The position numbers were made by a program, and so were the translations under genes. The notes under the pieces are model-generated. The model saw only the letters and a list, made by a program, of their open reading frames with translations, was not told where the DNA came from and made no database searches. This document shows positions 58,203 through 64,000 of a stretch of 64,000 nucleotides of DNA, piece after piece (the stretch's first letter is position 1; every line of letters starts with the position of its first letter). The DNA comes from Verrucomicrobiia bacterium (GTDB lineage: Bacteria; Verrucomicrobiota; Verrucomicrobiia; Limisphaerales; UBA1319), in the NCBI GenBank assembly GCA_963664225.1, contig OY760937.1:512001-576000 (forward strand), in the 5' to 3' direction.

Positions 58203-58916
58203 ATGGGCAATGGTTATTACCAAAAGGGCGAACAGCGTGCGGCGAAGGTCAACGATCTCTTCAGCCGGATCGCGACCCGTTATGATTTAATCAACGATGT
58301 TCAAAGCGCGGGTCTCCATCGGCTGTGGAAACGGCGTCTGGTGCGAATGGCGGCATTGAAACCAGGTCAGAGGGCCTTGGATGTTTGCTGTGGGACGGGC
58401 GATGTCACAATGGCTCTGGCGGGGTCCGGTGCGAACGTGGTGGGACTGGATTTTAACGCCCGCATGCTCGATGTGGCCCGCGCACGGATTGCGGGTGCAG
58501 GTTCAAAGTCCATCGATTATTTGCAGGGTGACGCCCTTCAAATTCCATTTGGCGAAGCCACCTTTGATGCCGTAACCGTCAGCTATGGATTGCGGAATCT
58601 ATCGGATTTTGAGCGGGGAATCTCCGAATTGCATAGGGTGACCAAACCTGGCGGACGGATTCTGATTTTGGATTTTGGCAAACCCGCCAATAAAACCTGG
58701 CGGTGGCTTTATTACGCCTATCTGCGGTGCATGGTTCCGGTTTTTGGCAGGATTTTCTGCGGAGACGCCGCCGCTTACGCCTATATTCTGGAATCGCTCC
58801 AAGTCTATCCCGCGCAAGAGGGGGTGGCCGCATCCATGAGAACGTTGAACTGCAGGAATGTGCGGATTTATCCGCTCCTTGGCGGAGCGATGAGCATCAA
58901 TTACGCCGAAAAATAA
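58203..58916 (+). CDS. menG: Demethylmenaquinone methyltransferase (UbiE/MenG)
   Basis: LFSRIATRYDLIND..S.GLHRLWK, LDVCCGTGD, YGLRN, AYAYILES. Confidence 0.9.
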   Translation: MGNGYYQKGEQRAAKVNDLFSRIATRYDLINDVQSAGLHRLWKRRLVRMAALKPGQRALDVCCGTGDVTMALAGSGANVVGLDFNARMLDVARARIAGAGSKSIDYLQGDALQIPFGEATFDAVTVSYGLRNLSDFERGISELHRVTKPGGRILILDFGKPANKTWRWLYYAYLRCMVPVFGRIFCGDAAAYAYILESLQVYPAQEGVAASMRTLNCRNVRIYPLLGGAMSINYAEK

Positions 58917-58979
58917 AAAAATGAGCGGAATCGGTAATGTTCCGTGCCGCTCGAAAAAACTTCAAATAAGTCCTAAGCC

Positions 58980-59531
58980 CTATTTCGTCGGAATCATGCC
59001 GGTCTTCCGGGCGTAATTAAACAAACCACCCGCATCCACAACGGGTTTGACTTCTCCAAGAGTTTTGAGGTTGAACACCTTGCCCGTGGATTGAACCGTC
59101 AGCGTGCATTTGTCCAAGTCCAGCGTTACCTGATCGCCAGTTCTTAACACCTCACACATCCGTTCCTCGCATTCGCATGGGTAAAGTTCGCCTGTGGCAA
59201 GGGAGTTGCGGAAGAAAATACGCGCAAAACTTTCTGCGACGACCGCGTGGCAACCGGCGGAACCCAAGGCGATGGGCGCATGTTCCCGGGAACTGCCGCA
59301 GCCAAAATTACGTCCTCCGATGACAATCGGATAATCACTGTCCAGCTTGCCTTCCTTGACGAAACGGACCGGATATTGGCCATCAGGCAGGCCATAGAGC
59401 GCGTAGCTGCCCAGCTTCTCGTATTCCTCCGGTATGGTCGGTACGAGATTCAGGAATTGCGCGGGAATAATCTGATCTGTGTCGATATTGTCGCGCACAA
59501 CGTAAACGGGACCTGTAAAAACAGATTGCAT
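58980..59531 (-). CDS. leuD: 3-isopropylmalate dehydratase small subunit
   Basis: [38 protein letters not shown]. Confidence 0.92.
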   Translation of the reverse strand: MQSVFTGPVYVVRDNIDTDQIIPAQFLNLVPTIPEEYEKLGSYALYGLPDGQYPVRFVKEGKLDSDYPIVIGGRNFGCGSSREHAPIALGSAGCHAVVAESFARIFFRNSLATGELYPCECEERMCEVLRTGDQVTLDLDKCTLTVQSTGKVFNLKTLGEVKPVVDAGGLFNYARKTGMIPTK

Positions 59532-59625
59532 AACTGGTTAGACATTGGCCTGTCCGGTCCTGGATTTCAATCCCGAATCATACATTTCGCCCTTCTGGTC
59601 AATGGATTGACGCAACCGGAATCCA

Positions 59626-60093
59626 TTATTCGCCGGAATTACCATGAATCAGGCAATGCTGAAAATAAGCGCACAAGTCCATCATCATCAGGTGTTTAAT
59701 GTTTATTTCGGTATGCGGGGTCGAAGTGCGCTGGGTTTCCTCCGGACATCCCAGGGCGGTCCAGCAACCGACACGAATATCATTGAGGCATTGGAGGAGT
59801 AATTCGCGTTGAGCCAGTGTCAGGGTCAAAACACACCCATCCGGTCCTGTTTTCAGGCATTGGCCATCCGTGAACAATACCGCGATCCTGCTTTTTAATG
59901 CCAGACGTTGTTCTGCGAGAGCATCATCCAGTAGTTCTTGGGCCTCAGCCATATCGGCCGACTGCGAGCGGCTGATCCGGTGGTGGGAAGGCGACACCAT
60001 GGGATATCGATGCAGGGCTTGCATGAGCAGGAACCGCTCGCGCATGCTGATTTGGAAAGTGAGGGTCTCCCCTTGGGATTCAAGACGCTTCAT
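59626..60093 (-). CDS. DUF2017-like protein downstream of clpS
   Basis: LLQCLNDIRV..W..LG motif; ATGA-coupled to clpS. Confidence 0.55.
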   Translation of the reverse strand: MKRLESQGETLTFQISMRERFLLMQALHRYPMVSPSHHRISRSQSADMAEAQELLDDALAEQRLALKSRIAVLFTDGQCLKTGPDGCVLTLTLAQRELLLQCLNDIRVGCWTALGCPEETQRTSTPHTEINIKHLMMMDLCAYFQHCLIHGNSGE

Positions 60094-60398
60094 TCTTCCC
60101 GTTCCAAGGTGGCTTGCAGGCTGTATTTTTGCAATTGATGGACATAATACTCGGCGCGTTCCAGGCTGTCGCGGCGCAGAACGCTTTTGCCCTGATTATG
60201 GACCTGGAGCATGTGATACTCCGCCTTCTGACGTGTCCATCCGAACACGGTCTCGAATACGTGCGTTACGTAATCCATCAGATTCACCGGATCATTCCAG
60301 CAAATCACGAGAAAGCCCGGTTCCAGTTCCTGCCGTGGCTTTGTCTCTGTTTTTTCGACAATGCCGGGCTGCGCATTCGTTATCACCGTTTCAGCCAT
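60090..60398 (-). CDS. clpS: ATP-dependent Clp protease adaptor ClpS
   Basis: VICWNDPVNLMDYVTHVF, MLQVHNQGKS, LQATLE. Confidence 0.93.
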   Translation of the reverse strand: MAETVITNAQPGIVEKTETKPRQELEPGFLVICWNDPVNLMDYVTHVFETVFGWTRQKAEYHMLQVHNQGKSVLRRDSLERAEYYVHQLQKYSLQATLEREE

Positions 60399-60568
60399 GT
60401 CATCAGCTTAGCGCAACGTCGGCGAGAAAACTACAAATAAGCGAGGTTCCGGCTTTGCCTCCATGGGTTGTTCGGCGCTGATTTGGCTCCATATTTTACC
60501 GCGCTAATTTTACGGCCGATGAACGCCACTTTACAAAGTCAGAACACTTTGTCATAAATGGCCTCGAT

Positions 60569-60964
60569 ATGCGATTTATCAAAAGATTTTTAGCTTTGGG
60601 ACTGTTACCGCTGTTAATGGCAGGCTGCCAGACCACGGTGACCAATCTTTCGCCTTCCCAGTTGCCGCGCAATGCTTCGGGACAATATCCCTTGAGCGTC
60701 AAATGGGAGAGTTCTCAGCAAAGCTTGCGACAGGAGAGCCTGCAGGGTTTTGTCATGATTGGCGCCGATTTGTATCCCATGCAGCGCACGCCCAAGGTGA
60801 ACAACCGGTGGGATACGCTGGTGCCGGTTCCTGCGGACAAGGACATCCTCAATTATCGCTATAAATTCATTTACGATTATAACGCCATTGGAAAACCCAA
60901 GGCCAACAGCGTGTTATCCAAGCCCTACCAGTTGAAGGTGCAGGATCATCCGATGGTTCGGTAA
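60569..60964 (+). CDS. Putative lipoprotein
   Basis: Basic N-terminus, hydrophobic stretch, lipobox-like LMAGC. Confidence 0.75.
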   Translation: MRFIKRFLALGLLPLLMAGCQTTVTNLSPSQLPRNASGQYPLSVKWESSQQSLRQESLQGFVMIGADLYPMQRTPKVNNRWDTLVPVPADKDILNYRYKFIYDYNAIGKPKANSVLSKPYQLKVQDHPMVR

Positions 60965-61009
60965 CGGATCGTGGCTGCCAGTGCGGAGTGTGCTCCGCAT
61001 GAAGTTTTG

Positions 61010-61042
61010 AAAACCCCTGGTTGAAGAGGCCAGGGGTTTTTT
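61010..61042 (+). terminator. Intrinsic (possibly bidirectional) terminator
   Basis: AAAACCCCTGG-loop-CCAGGGGTTTTTT. Confidence 0.8.
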
Positions 61043-61069
61043 CATGCGTGCGTTCGCCGAGGTTTTTTG

Positions 61070-61108
61070 TTGGCGCGTATTGCAAGTCGATTGGCGCGTG
61101 CTGCTAGT
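61070..61108 (+). promoter_or_regulatory. 18-bp direct repeat, 21-bp period, candidate AraC-family activator site
   Basis: TTGGCGCGTATTGCAAGT (61070-61087) vs TTGGCGCGTGCTGCTAGT (61091-61108), 15/18 identical. Confidence 0.6.
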
Positions 61109-61140
61109 GACACCTTTGGGAAGTAAGTTATCTTCAAAAC

Positions 61141-62199
61141 ATGACTGCAACCAAAGTTAAAGCATACGCAGCGCAAAGCGCTACTTCAGCACTGGCTTCG
61201 CTGGGCATCACCCGTCGCGAGCCCGGTCCCCTGGACGTCGAAATGGAGATTCTGTTCTGCGGGGTCTGCCACTCGGACCTGCACCAGGCCCGGAACGAAT
61301 GGAACAACACCGTTTACCCGTGCGTGCCGGGCCACGAGATTGTCGGCCGCGTTACACGCGTGGGCCACAGCGTTACAAAGTTCAAACCGGGCGATCTGAG
61401 CGCAGTGGGGTGCATGGTCGATTCGTGCCACACTTGTGAGAACTGCCAGGCGGGACTTGAACAATATTGTCTGTCTGGTGCCATCTGGACGTATAACTGC
61501 GAAGACAAGCATTTGGGCGGACACACCCTTGGCGGATATTCCACCCATATCGTGGTGGATGAGGCCTTTGTCCTGCGCGTGCCGACAGGACTGGATTTGG
61601 CGGCCACCGCCCCGCTCCTGTGTGCCGGTATCACGACATACTCGCCGCTGCGCCATTGGAAGGTGGGCCCCGGCCAGAAGGTGGGCATCGTCGGACTGGG
61701 CGGTTTGGGACACATGGGGGTGAAATTCGCACGAGCTTTTGGCGCCCACGTGGTCCTGTTCACGACCTCTCCCGGCAAAATCGCCGATGGCCTTCGGTTG
61801 GGCGCTCATGAGGTCGTGATCTCCAAGGATGCCAACGCGATGAAGAAGCAGCAGGGGAGTTTCAATTTCATTCTCGATGCGGTTGGCGCCCAGCATGACA
61901 TCAACACCTATCTGAGCTTGTTGAAACTGGACGGCACGCTCACGCTGGTGGGCGCTCCTGGACAGCCTTTGTCCGTGAGTGCGTTCAATTTGATATTGGC
62001 GCGACGCAGTTTCGCCGGCTCCGGCATCGGCGGCATTGCCGAGACGCAGGAGATGCTGGACTTTTGCGGCAAGCATAAAATTACCTCCGATGTGGAAATC
62101 ATCCCCATTCAAAAGATCAACGAGGCCTACGAGCGGCTGCTCAAGCAGGATGTGCGGTATCGGTTTGTCATCGATATGGCTTCCCTCAAATCCGAATAA
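61141..62199 (+). CDS. NAD(P)-dependent alcohol dehydrogenase (cinnamyl-ADH/YahK-like)
   Basis: CGVCHSDLH, PGHEIVG, CHTCENC...C, LLCAGITTYSPL, GLGGLGH, RYRFVID. Confidence 0.94.
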   Translation: MTATKVKAYAAQSATSALASLGITRREPGPLDVEMEILFCGVCHSDLHQARNEWNNTVYPCVPGHEIVGRVTRVGHSVTKFKPGDLSAVGCMVDSCHTCENCQAGLEQYCLSGAIWTYNCEDKHLGGHTLGGYSTHIVVDEAFVLRVPTGLDLAATAPLLCAGITTYSPLRHWKVGPGQKVGIVGLGGLGHMGVKFARAFGAHVVLFTTSPGKIADGLRLGAHEVVISKDANAMKKQQGSFNFILDAVGAQHDINTYLSLLKLDGTLTLVGAPGQPLSVSAFNLILARRSFAGSGIGGIAETQEMLDFCGKHKITSDVEIIPIQKINEAYERLLKQDVRYRFVIDMASLKSE

Positions 62200-62349
62200 C
62201 CGCCGTGGCGGTTTAATGGTTAACCGATGAATATGTGAAAACGAGGAAACAGCAGCAGCTTGGAAGTGCAGCTCACATTTTGCCTTTCGGCCATCAATAG
62301 ATGGACTACTGTAACCATGAATTCACACAAACAATAAGTAGGTTCTGCA

Positions 62350-63654
62350 ATGAAACGCAATTCTATGAAATACCACGCCATGTGTCTCGCGTTGGTCGTA
62401 TCCAGCGCGACAGCCTTCGCAGCATCACCAGAATCATTTGATTGGCCTCAGTGGCAGGGCCCTGACCGGAACGCCATTTCCAGGGAGACTGGCCTGCTCA
62501 AGGAATGGACGAAAGATGGCCCGCCGCTCACCTGGAAGATCAAGGGACTCGGCGGTGGCGATGGCGCCCCCTCCGTTGCCGCCGGACGGATTTTCGGAAT
62601 GAGTAATCGCGGCGGGGACGAAGTCATCTGGGCCTTGTCCGAAGCGGACGGCAAGTCACTCTGGGTGACGCGCCTGGGACCGGCCTACAAGCAGCAAATG
62701 CCGCAGGGAAAAGAGGGACCGGGATGCACCCCGACGGTCGATGGTGAACTCCTCTACGTCGAGGGCCTGGCAGGGGACGTGGCCTGCCTGCAAGTCGGGG
62801 ATGGCAAGATCGTCTGGCAACGCAGCCTGCAAACTGATTTTGGAGGACCTGTGCCGCGGTGGAGCTTCCGCGAATCGCCGCTGGTGGACGGGGATAAGGT
62901 CATCTGCACCCCCGGTGGCGAAGACGCGACACTGGTGGCCCTCGACAAGTTGACCGGGAAGACGATCTGGAAGAGTCAGGTGCCCGGAAGTCCAAAAGCG
63001 GCCTACGCCTCTGCCATTGCCATCGATTTCGCCGGACAGCGCCAATATGTGCAAATGACTGCGAAGGCCCTTGTGGGAGTGGCGGCGTCCGACGGCAAGT
63101 TCCTCTGGCGCTATGACAAGGCCGCCAACGGCAACGGCATCAACTGCACCACGCCCATCTACCACGATGGTTTCGTGTTCGCGGCATCGGCCTATGGGGC
63201 GGGTGGTGGATTGGTGAAACTGAGCAAGGATGCCAACGGCGCTGTAAAGGCTGAAGAAGTCTATTTCTCAAAAAAAATGCAAAACCACCATGGCGGCGTG
63301 ATCCTGCTCGACGGCTGCCTCTATGGCGCCAACGGCGGAAACGAAGGCGGCTCTCTGGTCTGCCTCGAGTTTCAGACCGGCAAGGTCTTGTGGGATGCGC
63401 GCGACAGCGCTGACGGTCGGGCCCCTAAAGGCTCGGTGGCTCTGGCGGATGGCCGGCTCTACTATCGATCCGAGAAAGGCCCCATGCTTCTGATTGAACC
63501 CAGTGCAAAGGAGTACATCGAGCGTGGCCGTTTCGACCAGCCCGACCGAACCGATCTGCCGGCCTGGGCGCACCCCGTCATTGCCAACGGCAAGCTATAC
63601 TTGCGCGATCAGGATGCGCTCTTCTGCTACAACGTGAAGGCGCAGGAAAAATAA
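62350..63654 (+). CDS. Exported PQQ-binding-like beta-propeller protein
   Basis: Signal peptide; [11 protein letters not shown], repeated xGK.[LV]W blades, [15 protein letters not shown]. Confidence 0.88.
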   Translation: MKRNSMKYHAMCLALVVSSATAFAASPESFDWPQWQGPDRNAISRETGLLKEWTKDGPPLTWKIKGLGGGDGAPSVAAGRIFGMSNRGGDEVIWALSEADGKSLWVTRLGPAYKQQMPQGKEGPGCTPTVDGELLYVEGLAGDVACLQVGDGKIVWQRSLQTDFGGPVPRWSFRESPLVDGDKVICTPGGEDATLVALDKLTGKTIWKSQVPGSPKAAYASAIAIDFAGQRQYVQMTAKALVGVAASDGKFLWRYDKAANGNGINCTTPIYHDGFVFAASAYGAGGGLVKLSKDANGAVKAEEVYFSKKMQNHHGGVILLDGCLYGANGGNEGGSLVCLEFQTGKVLWDARDSADGRAPKGSVALADGRLYYRSEKGPMLLIEPSAKEYIERGRFDQPDRTDLPAWAHPVIANGKLYLRDQDALFCYNVKAQEK

Positions 63655-63768
63655 CACCAGCGCAACTCGTGTAATCATTGCCCTCCAGGAAATTAACGAA
63701 TTCTGCGAGGGGCGGCTTACGTCCGATATGATGTTCCGCCTCTCCGTTGTCCTGGCCTCACTTAAATT

Positions 63769-64000
63769 ATGACCGATCAATTCAAGGTTTCCAGTCTCCT
63801 GGCACAGCAGTTGGCAGAGCATCAGGTGAAGCTGACGGCGTTACTGCGACGGGCGGGATTGCCGGCCGGTTTTTTCCAGCAGGAAAAGATCTACGTCACA
63901 ACTTCCGAACTGTTCGCGCTGTGGCGGGCCATTGGGGAGACGAGCGGCGATCCCGCGATCGGCCTGAAGCTGGGCGCCGAACCGCGCTTCGAGCGCTTCC
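63769..64000 (+). CDS. AraC-family regulator N-terminal domain (Arabinose_bd_2/OruR-like), 3' truncated
   Basis: Translates MTDQFKVSS...LLRRAGLP...LFALWRAIGETSGDPAIGLKLG, open to the window end; absent from the ORF track because it has no stop. Confidence 0.75.
   Translation, partial: MTDQFKVSSLLAQQLAEHQVKLTALLRRAGLPAGFFQQEKIYVTTSELFALWRAIGETSGDPAIGLKLGAEPRFERF

Noticed and set aside
46675..59531. Orphan ubiX, menG and leuD as a novel pathway
   Set aside because: These are ordinary housekeeping genes that are often dispersed; their partners (ubiD-like, leuC) are probably elsewhere in the genome.
61070..61105. Sigma-54 promoter (TGGC...TTGC)
   Set aside because: GG-to-GC spacing is 8 nt, not the required 10; better explained as a direct repeat.
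50251..62112. Long antisense ORFs (e.g. 50251..51051, 54651..55466, 55839..56804, 61186..62112; also 31192..32259 and 35730..36596)
   Set aside because: They are shadows of well-supported genes on the opposite strand, caused by codon bias, and carry no motifs of their own.

Overview
Chromosomal window, most likely from a Verrucomicrobiota bacterium of the Pedosphaera/subdivision-3 type. This is an inference from gene content: a DUF1559-like prepilin-type protein, a short Rho, and TN-rich exported proteins ending in a ...[FY][FY]R C-terminal domain. I found about 58 protein-coding genes and saw no rRNA, tRNA, CRISPR array or transposase. In order: (1) a two-gene Gabija-like defence cassette (YbjD/OLD ABC-TOPRIM nuclease plus full-size UvrD helicase) bounded by imperfect inverted repeats and heptamer microsatellites; (2) prfA-rpmE and tatA-tatC; (3) a glycan locus at 8.8-18.2 kb including a coupled GT2-STELLO(DUF288)-DedA/VTT module; (4) rpsP-khpA-trmD-rplS-rnhB-yraN, without rimM; (5) a ~1450-aa fused activase/dehydratase with plasmalogen-synthase (PlsA/Ger) architecture; (6) large exported proteins; (7) purU, cysK, rho, a WYL regulator and a MetE-core enzyme; (8) an SahR-like regulator divergent from metK-ahcY with a shared candidate operator; (9) a decayed FkbM gene and a second glycan operon with DUF362 and CapK-like genes; (10) menG, leuD, clpS-DUF2017 and an adh/PQQ-propeller/AraC locus. 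The most unusual signal is enrichment of the dipeptide Thr-Asn in extracytoplasmic segments, including a 10-aa-periodic insertion in the first periplasmic loop of TatC, together with a C-terminal domain shared by unrelated exported proteins. These may reflect an undescribed lineage-specific protein modification or sorting system. All family calls come from motif recognition by eye; no searches were run.
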